From Fonticula alba ATCC 38817 (lineage: Eukaryota > Protista > Nucleariida): 64,000 nucleotides of DNA. The translations under genes were made by a program, and so were the position numbers. Of this stretch, positions 1 to 13,900 are shown in pieces. The notes under the pieces were generated by a model. The model was not told the origin of the DNA. It ran no database searches and saw nothing but the letters and a program-made list of their open reading frames with translations. Position 1 is the first letter of the stretch, and the number at the start of each line of letters is the position of its first letter. The DNA lies in assembly GCA_000388065.2 (NCBI GenBank), contig KB932203.1; one strand, given 5' to 3'.

Positions 1-390
1 GTTCCCAGTCCCGCCCCCCCCCCTCTCTCTCTCTGTCCCTTCCCCCTTTGCTTCCTTCGGGGCCGCATATTTACATATATATGTGCACATGCGTGTGTCG
101 CGACTGTATGTTGCCCAAAAAATGTCATGCAATTGAATGCAGCGTGACAGACGTGCTGGAGCATGCACGCTCCAAGTGGGGGAACGCATGCACGCGCGGG
201 GTTGGGAGGGAGGAGGGTATCTATTTGGTGCACAATAGGGTGCGAGGCACAAGGGGAGAAAGGAGGAGGAGGGTGTCTGTTGGGCGGCATTCGCGGGTAA
301 GGGAGGGGGGGGGGGAGGGAAGAGAGGAAAGGGGCACGAGTGGGACCGCAAGGGAAGTGCCGAGGGCACAGCGCGGCCGACACGCGCCGC

Positions 391-2900
391 CTAGCAGCGG
401 ACCTGGAAGTTGCCGGACTTGGTGATGTACAGCTGCCCCTTGTACGGCTTGTACTGGACCGCATGCACGTCCAGGCGATCGCCCTTGAGGCCACTGGCGG
501 CAAAGCGATTGATGGTGAAGTCCACGGAGATGACCGGACGGGGGAGCTCCACATCGCGAGCGCTGGATGGGTGCCACGCAAAAAAAGGGGACAGGGGAGG
601 GCGGATGCTGTTAAAAAAAATGGAAAACAGGAAGGTGACAGGATGGGGCAGATGCGGTGGCATTGTTGGCGGGCCATCCGCCAGGAAGAGGCCCACACAC
701 GCACCCAGCATCCAGTCGCAGGGGGACCTGGCAAGTGATGGCACGATTGGTGGGCACGCGGCCGATGTTCCACAGCAGCACCCGAGTCGACGGGTCGAAG
801 CGGATGGTCCCGAAGCCCGCGGAAATGTTGGTGCCCGCGGAAACCTTCTCCGGCAGGGGCACCCGGATGAGGACATCCTCCGGCTGGACATCGGCCCGAT
901 TGCGCGGAACCATGACGCTGATGTTCAATTGGCCTGTGTTCATGCATGTATGTCAGTCGGGGCTGGGCTGTTGGTTTGTTTGGGACTTCTTTCTTTTTCT
1001 TGCCCTTGAACACAAGAGAGTAGGCACGCGCGCGGGGAGGAAGGGATGCATGTCGGCGAGGGGGGGGGGGGGGGGGGGGGGGACAAAAGGGACCATCGCT
1101 CTTGGAATAGGTGCACTGGCCGCGCACGTTGATCGGCAGCATGTACGAGGAGTCCGACGGGACACGGTACGACAGCAGGTCAAAGGCGCCGTCCGGGGGA
1201 ACGAAGGAAATGACACGCTCACGCTCGTAGCGGGCAATCCTGCGGGTCATCCGGAACAAGGAGACAGTGAAAGCGAGCAGGGCCAAAGGGGTGAGTGGCG
1301 ATTGGTTGGCTGGATGGCGGCCATGCGACGCCGGCGCAAGTTGAAGCGCACCGAACACAGGGGTGAAGGCTCACGTCCTCCAGGATGTTGGGGTTGGTGA
1401 AGCGCAGCGTCAAGTCCGGCATGCCTATTTGAGGAGGGGCGTTAGTTTGGTGGGGCTTCGGGCAATTGATGCCCGATGGGCCAGCCCATGCACATTCGAG
1501 TCGGGGAGTCGCGCACCAGACAGACGGCTGAGGGCCTTGATGACACCGACAATGTCGCAGGAAACAATGGCCCCATTCCTTTTGCGAGTGTCGGATGGGT
1601 ATGGAAAAGGGAAGAGGGGGAGGGACACACACACAGAGAGAGAGAGGGAAAGGGAGTCAGCACGGGGGGACAGGCAGCTGGCAGAAGGGCGAGGGAAAGC
1701 GCACGGGTCCACGATGGCATCGATCGTTTCGATGATGTCGAAGAAAATCTCGTTATTAGCATGACGGATGCCCTGCTTGCGCCAGGGGACCGCCGAGATG
1801 TTCTGTGTGGGAACCTTGCTGTGGGAGTGATTGAAGAAGGCATGGGGTCAGCCGCGTGGTCGAGCAACGGACAGGGAGAAGGGGCGAGGCGAAGGAGGGG
1901 AGGGAAAGAGGGAATGAACATAGGGCAAGAGGGACACATACCTGGAGGGACCAGCAACCGAGCGGACAACCTTGTTGAGAACGGACGGGGGGTTGACAGT
2001 CTCCTTGAGCAGGGACGGCTCGGTGGTCAGGGGCAGACCATTATCCATGACCTCCTCGAGGATCTGGTGGGCCGCATGGTTTGGAGGCAGACGTTAGACG
2101 TGATGGGCTTTTTTTTTTTGCTGCGCGAGGGAGAGCGCGGGAGAGAAGGAGAGAGGGGGAGAGCGAGGGCAAGAGAGAGAGAGAGAGAGATGGAGAGAGG
2201 GGGGGGGGGGAAGGAAAACACCCAGGATGATCAGGCAGACCGGGGGAGGGGGAAGAGGAGACGCGAACCTCATGGACGACGATGAAGTTCTCCCGGAGAA
2301 CCTTCTCATCAATGCGCACACCCTCGAAGTAATCCTTGAAAATGTCCACCACACGGTGGAGGAACTCGGTGACAAACAATGGAGCCACTATGGCATGGGA
2401 AGGTTAGAACATTGTGTCAGACGTTGAATTACACCCCCCCCCCCCCCTCGCCCCTCTGCGGCCTGCATGGGGGGGGGGGGGAGGGAGAGAGAGAGAGAGA
2501 GATGGCGAAGAGGAGAAGCAGGGCAAGCAAACACATGCGCCGGGAGGAGGAGAGCGCACCCTCCTCCAAGACGATGGCCATGTAGATGAGGCCGTCGCGC
2601 TGGACGTGAATGAGGTAGCCCTCACTGGAGGGAAGGCCACAGGAGGCCGCCGAGAGGAGGGTCACCGGCGGCAGCTCGGAAATATCCGACAGAGACTGCA
2701 CCTGCTCCAGGAAGAAGGAGATGATCGGTCCGCGCTGGAGGGTTTTCCGGTAGTGCTTCTCAGCGAGGAATACCCTGCGTACGAGGGGTCAGTCGAGGGT
2801 CAGCATCGCGCCAAAGCCCGAGAGGCAGTGGGAGGGCCACGGGAAGGGGGAAGGAGGACACATACCCGCTCGGGGTGACAATGAAGAGACTATTGATCAT
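391..2900 (-). CDS. AP3M1: AP-3 complex subunit mu (multi-exon)
   Basis: Exon translations match the AP-3 mu family: MINSLFIVTPSG (ATG 2900), PLFVTEFLHRVVDIFKDYF, MDNGLPLTTEPSLLKETVNPP, GMPDLTLRFTNPNILEDVSLHPCVR, and C-terminal YKPYKGQLYITKSGNFQVRC* (TAG 391-393). Pieces are separated by GT-AG introns. Confidence 0.95.
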
Positions 2901-3811
2901 GGCACAGAGGCTCTCGGTTGGGGGGGGGGGGGGGGGGGAGGGAAGGGAGGCGGGCGGACGGGCGGGAGAGTAGGGACTGCCCGAAGTTCGAGAGGGGGGT
3001 GGGAAAAACAGGCAAGAGGGGGAGCGAGAGAGGGGAGGAGAACAGGTGGTTGGGGAGGGGGGGAGGAGGGCAGGAAATTGCTCGAGGAGGGGGCTACTTT
3101 TACCCTTCAGAGCAAGGGGACGGCGGCTTCGGACTGGCGGCGGATAAAGCCCCTCCCCGAGATCGCCCGGCGTCCTGGGGATTTCCCCCAGGATAGACGA
3201 GCGGACCAAGGCGATTTTGACCAGCGACGTGGGGGGGGGGGGGGGGGGGGGGGGGTGGATCTCTCCCTCCAAGGAAGGGGCAACTCGCCTGCTCGGCACT
3301 TCGGACGGGGGAGAGGTCCCTGGTGCCGTCTTCGCCGGGCGGGCGGCCGCCGCGGAAGGCCCGCTGGCAGTTGGCCGGCTCGGGTCGCCGGGGGGACCCT
3401 GTATCACTCCCCCACGCCCCCGGCCTCCCCCGGCCATAAAATAACAACGCCACACCGAAAGGTACAGACACAAGAGCCACAAGGCATTCTCCCCTTCGGC
3501 CGGCCTGACCAAGGACCGGACCCCGGTGGCGACCGCCTCTGGCCGCGGAAAATGGGCGAGGGAGATCGCAATCCCGCCACCCCTGCTGCTCCCGGTGTTT
3601 GCGGGCGCGGCCTGCGTCCAAGCAGGCGTCTGTATCATCGCAGCAAGGAAGCCGAGGGACGGGGGGGGGGGGGGGGGGGGGCGCGCGCAGAAGAGGAGCC
3701 CCAACCGCACGCGAAAAACGCCGGCTGGAAGGGAAACAAAGGGGAAACAAATGGGCGTGTTCTATTTGGGTCATGTGTGTCGTCGAGGTCACGTGCGTAT
3801 GCGTGTTTGTC

Positions 3812-4795
3812 CTACCGCCCCCCGCCGGGGGCGCTGCTCCCGGACGCGCTGTTGGACGGGCCCTTCTTCCAGTTCAGCAGCGAAGAGGACATGCTGGAGG
3901 AGGAGGAGCTGGAGAATCCGGAGAAAGTGCTCGAGGGGGCCTGGATCTTGTGAACCTCCTCGAGTACCTGGTTGACGCGGTGCCGGGCCTGGCGCGATAG
4001 TTGCCGGCCCAAGCCGCTGGCCATCAGGCCGGCCAGCTGCTTCGGAGTGTAAACCTGTACAGGTGCATCGCCGCGACATGCGCAAAAAAATAAATAATAA
4101 CACAGGCCAACATTGTAAGCGACAGGCAACAAGCGGCAACAGGAAGGCGCGAAGGAGAGGGACGCAAGGAAAGATGGCACACGCACACGACACTCGCGGA
4201 ACCATCTCTCGGCATCGTCATCCGAGAGATAGAACGCCTTGATGAAGTCCTCGACGTAACGAATGTTGGTCATTCTGGGAGGGAAGGGATGGGGGGGGGG
4301 GGGGAGGTAAATGCAAGTGCCAAGCGAGTGAGTAACCGGGCGAAAGGAAGGGGGGCCACAATCCAAGCAGGATGGAGTCCGAAGCGCGGACAAGCAGGGA
4401 GGGCGTACCGTAGGCCGGTGATCTGCTCCAACGATGTGGCCAAAGTACGGGCATCCAGCTGCATGAGCGCGCGGCCCTGGTTGTTGCAGCGCTTAACACG
4501 TGAATATGCCTCAACCAGGGCCTCGCCGATGACCTGCAGCAAACGGCTGAGGACCAGCTCCACGAGCGGTGACCGGGGAAGTGCCGCCAGCGTGAAGCGC
4601 TTGTCCCCGGCGACTGCCGCCTCGGCCAGTGCCCCGCTCACACCGAACAGGTACCGGAGGGAAGAGGCGTCGGTTGTGAGCCGGCCAATTAGAGCGCTGA
4701 CGTCGTTGGCGACCGCCGACACGTAGGGACTCGAGTCGAAGCCAACCTCGCGCAGCTCCCAGGGGGTGGCCACGATTTGGTTGATGATCGGGGTG

Positions 4796-4842
<47 letters not shown>

Positions 4843-5292
4843 CATCGGGATGCCCCCGAAAGGCAGGGACGATGTGTGGGCAGGGAGAAAGGGCATATTC
4901 ATGCAGGGGGCTGGAGAAGGCACGAATGGCACGAATGGCACGTACCGGCAGGAGGCGCATGGCAAAACAGCGGAACATAAATAGACGCAGCTCCGGCAGG
5001 GCCTCAACCACGCGGTCGAAGAACCCATCCACCAGGGGAGCGCCTCTCCCATCGGAAAGAAGTTTCTGTGGCAGAGAATTAGAGGACAGGGTGGGGGGGG
5101 AGGGAGGCGGACGGTGGACAAGCGGGCATGCGAGCGACAGAAACAAGGGGGACGCACGTCAAGGTGCGACCGAGTGGCAATGAGCACGGTGTACAGGAAC
5201 ATGAGGGATTCCGAGCCGACAATCCGGAAAGGCAAGCCTGGCAAGAACGCGGGCAACATGCGGTGAGATGAAGGGCGAAGAGATGGGGGGGA

Positions 5293-5330
<38 letters not shown>

Positions 5331-8282
5331 CCATGATGGGTGGAAACTTACCATAGAGGTTGGACATGGTCCGCATGGGAACCAGGCTGGAGACCGCCGG
5401 GACCAGGTACTTCCGGTCGAGGATCAGGCCGAGCTCGTGTGCCGAGTCGTTGTGCTGCGGCTTGCGCGCATGCCCGGAGGCTGGCACCGCGGGCAGGGGG
5501 GGCGGCGCTGGCGGGGCCATGCCCGGGGTGACAGGAGGGGCCCCGGACTCCGGCGCCTCGCCATTGACCGGCGTGGTGGGCGAAGCCACCGACCCGGCCG
5601 CCTCGGTGATCGGGAGGTCGGTGCCTGAGGGGGTGCGTGACACGGCGGAGCCGGAATTCCCCGGGGCCCCGCCAGGCGTCAGAGTTGGTGACCCGGCCAC
5701 CGACGAAGTCGCCGACGAGGAAGCCGACGACACACCAGCCGACGAAGAGACCATGGCTGCTTGCGAATTCCCGGTGCCCGAGGCCGGGACCGGGGTTTGG
5801 CTGCCAGAGCCAACCGAGAACCGGGATGCCGTACTCCGGGCCAGAGACACCAGATTGCCGGCAGACCGATTGGGAGTCATACTGCCAGCCGGCGACCCGG
5901 GAACCGAGGAGGAACTGGAGCTGGAGGACACGGCGGCCGACGACGCCTGCGTGCCGGGGTTATTGTCGGAGAAGGAGAAGGTGAAGGTGGCGGTGGCCGG
6001 TAGAGTCATGCCCAAGACCGACACCGTGGCCGGGGTGTGACTGGCGGTATCCTGGTCGAACTTCCGCTGCAGCTGCGAGATGATGGTGCGCAAATTGGAG
6101 GGGAGGTCTGTTGACGGCCATGCAGAAGAGGAGCCGGGGCAGGATGGGGCAGGATGGGGTCAGTGAAAGTCTGCAGAAGCTTAAGCGGCCCATGGAGTGG
6201 GGAGGAAGAGACAAAGAGAGAGAGAGAGAGAGAGAGGAGGGGGGAGGGAGGGGAAAAGGGAAAGGGATGCTTTCGACATACCGGCCAAGATCTCGCTCTG
6301 CGATAGCCCGCAGTCCGAGGTAAAGAACTGGAAGACCGAGTAGATGTAATACTCCACCAGCTGAACAAGGCCGATGAAAACATGCTGCGAGATGGGGGAC
6401 AGAATCTCCGCCAGAGCGATGTACCGACCAACCAGACGAGCCAGGTTGATGGTGGTCGTGGCCAGCATCGGGCCGACGGCTGGGCTGACATCCGGCATGA
6501 GCCCCTCCGGTGAGGCATCCGCCTGGCGTTGGGCCACGCGCTTTGCTGGGGTGACCGGCGGGCTATCCGGGGGGCCGTCCTCATCCTCGCTCTCGGAGCT
6601 GGACAGGGTGAAAACGCCGCTGGCATCGACGCTCTTGGGAGAGAGGACCTCCGTGTCAGAGTCCGCGCGATCAGACTCATCGCCATCGGCGAACTATGTC
6701 CAGAGTACAGGGGGGAGGGGGGGGGGAGCGAGTGAAGGGTTAGGAGGGGGTACAAGGCAGCCAGGAAAGTGAAAAGGGGCAGGGGGGGGGGGGGGGGACG
6801 CACAATTGTCCGCTGCTTGGAAAGCGGGGCCTCCTTGGACACCGTCTTCTTGGAGGTGAGAACATGGTCTACGGACTTGGAGAACGAGAAGGACCCCTCG
6901 CGGAAGGCCGAGAAGGCATCCAGGAAGAGTTGCCCATGGCCAATGCTCTCGCGGCCGAGAACATTGGAGGCATTCCCCTTGGAGGAGGTGGCCATCGACA
7001 CGTTGGCTGAGAAATCGAACTCCTTCATGTCTGCGAGGCACGGAGGTCAGAGGGGGAAGGGGGGGGGGGGGCTGCTGCCTCGACAAGATCATCGTCGAAA
7101 AGGAGGCGAACATACCACGGATGGAGAAGGAGGCCCGCACAGGGCAAGGGAACCATGCCTCATTCTCGAGCATAGCCTTGAGATCCTGTGGGAAGCCATG
7201 GTAGAACACGGAAGGAAAGAAGTGAGGCGGGAGAGAGAGAGAGAGAGACGAAAAGATAGGATGAGGGTATAAGTCCGTCAGGAATCTGGAGGAGGCAAAC
7301 GGCACCATGAGGATGGGCGGGGACAATATTGAAGGCAGCAGAGAGAGGGAGAGGGAGAGGAAAAGGGAGAGGGAGAAACGAACCTCCATGCGCGACTGGT
7401 GGGAGCTGGCGAAGTAGGATGTACTCAGCCGGTAGACGAAGGACCGCAGCAGATCCGACTGAGTGGCGGCAAAGCTGTTGCCCAGGTTGACAAACTGAGC
7501 AGTGGGCATTCGGGTTAGCATGTCAATCGAGAGGGGAAAAGTGACAGACCGACGAGGGGGGAGAAAAAAAGCCAGAGAAGAGGGAGAAAGGGGGGGGGGG
7601 GAGGGGGGGGAGGAAGCCCGAACGGACCTTGTTCAGGCCGTTGAGAATATCCAGGAAATTCTCCAAGCGCGTGGAGTGAGTGAATTTGCGCGACTCGCAG
7701 CACTGAATAATTTTGCGCTGCATCTCGTCCCACAGGACCCGACGGAGCTGGCTCAGCTGGAACTCCACAGACGCAAAGAGATCCACCAAGTCCCTGTGGC
7801 GAAGAGGGACACACAATGTAAGCGGGGGAAAGTGAGTCGCAGTGGTCGCCTGTGGCGTTGACATGGCAAGTGACAAAAGGGGTGGCGACGAAGAGGGGGG
7901 AAGGCAGGGGGAAGAAGAAACGGACGGCTCAGTCTGGCGGTTGTTCGAGTGCCAAGTGATGATCGAGTGGAGCTGGATCATGATGTTGAACAGGCCATCC
8001 ATGACAGCAGTGAGGCAATTGAGGAAGTCCGTGTCATCCTTCAGCATGGCACACAGGTCGGTGAAGGTGGTGCTACGGTTCGGGGGAAGGAGGGGGGCGG
8101 CGGCGGAAGAGGAGAAAGACAGAGGGGGACAGGAGCAGAAGCAGGAGGTTGAATAGACTGTCAGAGAGGGGATTGTGATGTGCTCCTCGAGGGAAGGAAA
8201 AGAAGAGGGAAAGAGCACCTGCTGAGAGCAGGGCAGGCCAGGGCAGATCAGAGCAGAGCAGAGCAGAGAGAGAGAGAGGGGG

Positions 8283-8322
<40 letters not shown>

Positions 8323-9773
8323 CGAACCACTGGAGCCGGGCCACATTGGCAGCCGGGTTCTTCTGGATGGCCACACGAGTGGCATGCTCACGAGCGATCT
8401 CCGACGAAATGTGCCCCACTTGGTAGGCAAGGTGGCTCTCAAAGTTGCTGGCGATTTGGTCCGACTTGCCGACCAAGTGGTAGCTCACCACCACGCTCTG
8501 GTACACCTCCTCCGAGAAGTCCTGGATCACCTCGACCAGGGCCGCACGTAGGCGCTCCTCGATGACGTCCAGCTGGTCATTCAGGCGGATGGCAAAATGC
8601 TCCACACAGTTGAGCGGATAATGCTCCTCGCTGGATGCCGTCGAAACGGGCAGGCTATGCTGAGAGCTCGGCGTGCCGAGCTGGCTACCGGTCATGGCAG
8701 ACAGGGCCCCGCCCGTGGGCGGGCCTTCATCCAGCCCAGGCGACATCAGGTTGTACTGGGACACCAGGTCCGCCTGGATGGCATGGACCATGCGAATGGC
8801 CACCGGGAAGTTCTTTGTCTCGATGTAGATGTCCACCTGCTTGGCATTGCTGAAGAGCCGCTTGATGGCCGTGATCTCGTCGATCAGGCGCTTGAGATTG
8901 GTGCAGCGCAAATCCTTGGACACGATCTGGAAACTGCCCGTGGTCAGGTGGCTCTTGGCCGTGCGGAGTCGACGCCGGGCCGATTCCAGCAGCAACTCCG
9001 TCTCGTGAAGCTCGGTGCTGAACTTGTGCACCTTGTCCATGCCCTCGACTGGTGTGGGTGGAGGGGAGGGGGGGGGGGGCGAGGGTGAGAGGGAGACAGT
9101 TTAGGAACGAAGAAAAGGGGAGATCAGGAAGAGGGGCCAGGGAGGAATGGCCAGACAGGGCGGAGGTGGGGAACAGGAGGGGGGGGGGGCGGGCGAAAGG
9201 GCGATCGCAGCACGAACCAAAGGACTCGTAGTTGTTCATAATCACATCCGACAAGCGGGAATTCATGATGTCCAACGAACGCTCATAATTGTTGACGATC
9301 TTTTCGATGGCCACATCATCGGCGCGAGTGGGCAGGGACTGGAAGGACCAAAGGAGTGTCATAAGGGGGGGGGGGCACTTTTGTGAGTGACGAAGGCGAG
9401 ACCCAGACCGAGGGGGGAACATTCGAACACGCACCTCCAAGGCCAGGAGGGTGGGATCGAGGCCGGTCTTGAAGAAGTCCTGCGGCAGCTCGGCCAAAAG
9501 CTGCTCGTCGTCGATTTCGCTCTGAGTGGGCTTGAAGCTCTCCTGTATGATGTGAGGCGGAGCGAGGCGAACGCCCGAGGGGGGAGGTCAGACGGAGGCC
9601 AGGTCAGAGGGCAATCCATGCTTGCTCGTGACAAGGGCGGACAGGGCACATACCCGGGTCAAGCGTAGGCTATCCGGGGTATCGGATTGCCACTGCTTGG
9701 ACGTGGCTTCCTGCGCGCTCGACGCGCTGGAAGAGCCGAGGATGCCGCGAACGGCGTCCCCAAGAATGTTCAT
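3812..9773 (-). CDS. VPS50: Syndetin / VPS50 (EARP complex subunit, CCDC132), multi-exon
   Basis: N-terminal Vps54_N-like coiled coil (IVNNYERSLDIMNSRLSDVIMNNYESF; MDKVHKFSTELHETE). VPS50 C-terminal signatures EALVEAYSRVKRCNNQGRALMQLD, YVEDFIKAFYL and YTPKQLAGLM. Probable start MNILGD at 9773 (accATG); TAG at 3812-3814. Confidence 0.9.
4799..4840. repeat. (TG)n microsatellite in a VPS50 intron
   Basis: Perfect dinucleotide run read directly from the sequence. Confidence 0.95.
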
Positions 9774-10921
9774 GGTCTCACCCGCAGGAGGGAGGAGGCA
9801 CGGTGAATCGGGTCCCCGGGCACGGCGCGAGGTCGGGCGAGGGGCAAGAAAGAGCAAGGGGGGGGGGGGGGGGGGAAGGGGGGGAACGGGAAAGAAGGGA
9901 GGGGAAGGGCGAGGGAGGGGGAGGGGCCATTGTCCGAGGTGCCTGTCGAGACCCCTGTGTGGCCGTCTGCCGGCACATGAAAGGCATGGGTGAAGCCCAC
10001 CTGCCAGGATGGTGCCCCAGCGGCATCGACACCAAATGGGGGGGGGGCGGGGACTATGCGGCAGGAATTAGACCGCGGACCCTGGAGTGTTTCCTGCCTC
10101 ACCCCGCTGTGTGGGGAGGGGCGCAGGGGGCGGGGGGCGAGCGGGAGCCGGACGGCGGCCCCGGGGGACCGGACCAACAAGGGCAGCCAACTGACCCTAA
10201 TCATGGGCCATTCCCTCGTCTGTGTTGGGGCCCAGCAAAAGGGCGCCCTGGCCGCGGGAGACCGACACTCGCGCGGACGCCAGCCTCAAATTCCGCCATA
10301 ACCAAGGCCCGCCGGGGGAGCAAGTGGAGGGGGACTCTGGGACCCGGACGGGACAGGCCTGGCCCGCCCTAGTTCCACCCCCCCCCCCCCCCCCGCCCCG
10401 CCCCGCCCCCAGGAGCGAGGTCAAGGGACACGCGCGCGGAGCGGAAATGATTGCGATCAGCCAACCGCCAGCCGCCCGGCGCGGGAGCATCTCACACACA
10501 TTCGCTGGGAGGTGCTCCCACGCCTACAAACAGGTGCCCGACTTGGCGGCCTGCCCCCTTGCCGGCGCCCGCCCGCCCCCCCGCCCGCCCACCAAGAAGC
10601 CAAGGTTCCCACATACACGCCCCCCCAGACGCGCGCATATCGCCGCCGGGCCGAGGAAAGAAGATCGCAGTGTATTGGCATGTAAGTGCCAACGCAGCGC
10701 CGAGCGGCGCGCCGACTTGAATGAAACAAGGACAAATGGCAACCGAAGCATACGGAGGCGGACAAGGACTGGAGAGAGAGAGAGAGAGAGAGAAAGAGGG
10801 GCGGGAACCCGGAGAGGAGAGTCGGGAGAGGGGCGCACAGCAGCGCAACCACGCACAGCAGGGCAATCCCCTGGCCCCACCCGTCTTCCCCCCTGCTCGC
10901 CCTCGGCGGCATGTTTCTCTT

Positions 10922-13900
10922 TCAGAAGAAGTCATTGAAACTGAGCGAGAGGCCGATCGAGTCGCGATCGCTGCCGGCTGTTGAGGAAAACGAGGCGTCA
11001 GCCGTCCCGGACCCCGACTTCGAGGCGGCAGCTGATTCACCACCAGGACCGGGGGCCTTCCCCCCGCGGCTCGAAGGCGACGGTGAGGCGGGGTGATGGA
11101 TGACCGAATCGGAGAAGAAGCCGGCCGGCGAGGCGGGGCCCCCCTCCTTCAGGCGGCCGGCCGCGGTGGCCGACACCGGCGGCGACAGGGGCGAGTAGAA
11201 GGAGTCCGATTCCGGGGAGAAGCTGCCATCAGCCCCGGCCAGAGAAAGGCGCGAACGTTTGGGCGACCGGGGCCCGACGCCGGCAGCGACAATGGCCGCG
11301 GCCGAAGCGGCGGCAGGCGAGAAACATGGCAAGGCAGAAGGCGGCCCGGGGGAAGAGGCAGACCCGGCTTCGGAGCCGGGCCCCTCGGTCCCAGGTGGCT
11401 CGTCATGAGGGGCCTTGCGCTTGGGCGAGGAGGTGTTGCTGCTTGGCTCGTGGGGGGGCGCCGGTGCCACGGCCAGGTCGCGCCCACTGTCATTGAGCCC
11501 TGGCGAAGTGACCGGAGGAACGGCCACATTGCCGCCAGGAACAGCGACAGTGGCCGTGGTGGCGAGTGGAGAATCCCCCACCACAGCGGTGGCAGGATCC
11601 TCGGTGACAGTGGCAGCACTGTCGGCAACGGCTGTGAGGGTGGTGGGGGAGGGAAGAGCAGGGCTCGCGGCCGTGACGGCCGCAGTGGCCACCACCCCCG
11701 CCAGCTTGGGCACACTCTCCGGGGCGCGGTCGTCGGGCGGTGGCCGCTGCAGGGCCGAAGCGCGCGACTTCGGGGGGCTAAAAGACATGCTCAGTCCACC
11801 GGTGGGCGGCTTGGCTGACACCAGTGGGCTTTCTGACGGCTGCTTCGGCTCAGGCGGGCAAGGCGGCTGTGACTCCGGCAGGGGGCCAGCCGGGGCGCTG
11901 CTGCTGAGGCTGCTGCGGTCGCTGGCACTGCCGGTGGTGCTGGCGGTGCTGACAGCCGACTCTGTGGAGGAGACCGCGAGCAAAGTGGCAGCTGTCGCGT
12001 CACCCGGCGGCATGCTCGACTTGGCAATCGGGAGGTCGGATTCGGGCACGGCCGGCTCCGGCGAGGAAGACTTGGATGCCATGGGGCCCGGCCGCGGCAG
12101 GCCAATGCTATCACGCGAGGGGCGCTGGTCAAAGACCACATCAAACAGGCAAGGGACATCCTTGGCCGCGCGGGCAATCCGTGTCCCGGCACTTTCGTCG
12201 GCCAGCGATGATGAAGCACCACGCAGCCGGGAGACGGCCGGGGTGAGCGGCGCCAGGGTGGTCAGAATATCAGGGACCGGGGCCGAGGTGGACGATTGGC
12301 CGGGCGCGGCTGGTGGCGGTGGCTGGACCGACACACTTGCAGCTGGCAGCTGGGCAGGAGCTGCCGCCATGGCCGGCACAATGGGCTCAGCGGCCGCGGC
12401 CGGGGCCACAGGCGCCTCGGCCGCGGCTGCCGATGCAGCGGGCTCGGGAGGTGCGGCGAGTTTGCCGGTGACCGAGCCCTGTGACGAGGCAAGCGAGGAG
12501 CCCAGGGAAGTCGCTGACGGGCCGCGGCATGGCACCGGCAAAGACGTGGACAGATCATCCACCGACAGCCCTGGAGAGGGGTCGCGCTGACGGGCACCGG
12601 GCTCGCCGCCGGCCAACGGGCCGGATGCCCCGGCACCGACCAGGGAGAACCTGGCCAGTAGCGGCTCCTCGGGGCCAAGGCTACTGTCAAGTGCGGAGGA
12701 GACCAGCGACGCGGTGGTGCTGGGCGGCGCCGGGGGGATGGGCGGCCGGCTGGCGGAGGCGCCAGGGGCATTGCCGGCCGGAGGGCCGCCAGCCAGTGAG
12801 GCGAAGGAATTCGGATGATCGGGCTTGGTTCCCACCTCGTCGAAGATGCGCGGCCGTGGGGCCATCACGCCAAGGCCACCCGGGCGCCGATCGCTCGCCA
12901 ATGTTGGCTCGGGCACGGCGACGCTCGCGCGATTATGGGGAATAGTCAGCTGCGGCCCGGCCGGGCCGCCATGGCGCCCGGGAATCGGCGGCAGGGAAGC
13001 CGCTTCCGGGTCGACGGCCAGTCGAGCCGGGGCAAGACTGATGCCAAACTGCACGCCGGCTGTGGCCGCGCCACCGGAAGAACCACCGGCAGACCCACCG
13101 GCACCGCGTGAACCCATGGTGGGGGCGGCATTTCGCGGCGCAGTGGAGGCCGCTCCGCCAGCACCGGAGGCCGCATTGCGAGATCCCGAGGTGAAAGAAC
13201 GCGACAGAGGCCGACGAGAGCCATGCTGCGGGGGCACCCCAGTGCCCGGTGTCGGACCGCTGGCCGGCATCGATGAAGACAGTCCCGAGCCCGAGGGAGG
13301 CCGGCCGCCGGTGGCGGCCGGACGACCGGCCGTCGGGCCCGTGCTCGAGGAGAGGGACGCCGACCGTTGACGGTTGACTGTGGCCGGGCCGGTAGTGACT
13401 GTGGTGCTCGATGTGGGGCCCGAGCTGGAGGAGAGGGACGCCAAGCGCTGGCGGCCAGCGGCTGCCGGGGCCCCGGTCGAAGAGGAAGACACACGTCCGC
13501 CTGCGGCAGAGCCTGCGGCGGGAGCTTGGCCGGTGGGTGAGCGCCGAGCGCCGGTGCCGCCAGCCCCACCGGGGGCCAGAACGCTCGGTCGACCACGAGC
13601 ACCAGGGCGCCCGGCCGCCGCGGCGCCCTTGGCTGTTGACGCGCCAGCCTCCGCAGCCAGGACATCAGCATACCGCTTGCCGTCCACCAAAAAAGACTGC
13701 CCACGGTCAGCCTCCCAGCGCTCGATCTCAGCCAGGAGGAAGCGCCGGAGCTCCGGCTTGCGCCGGGCCAGGCGCGTGCGCGTGCGCTCCTCTTCCAGAA
13801 GATTGACGCGCGGTCCACCGCGACGGGTAAGGCGCTGAGGGTCCTGGGTCTTTTCCTATGGGTGTGAAGAGACCCGGGAGGAGGGGACATAGAGAGAGGG

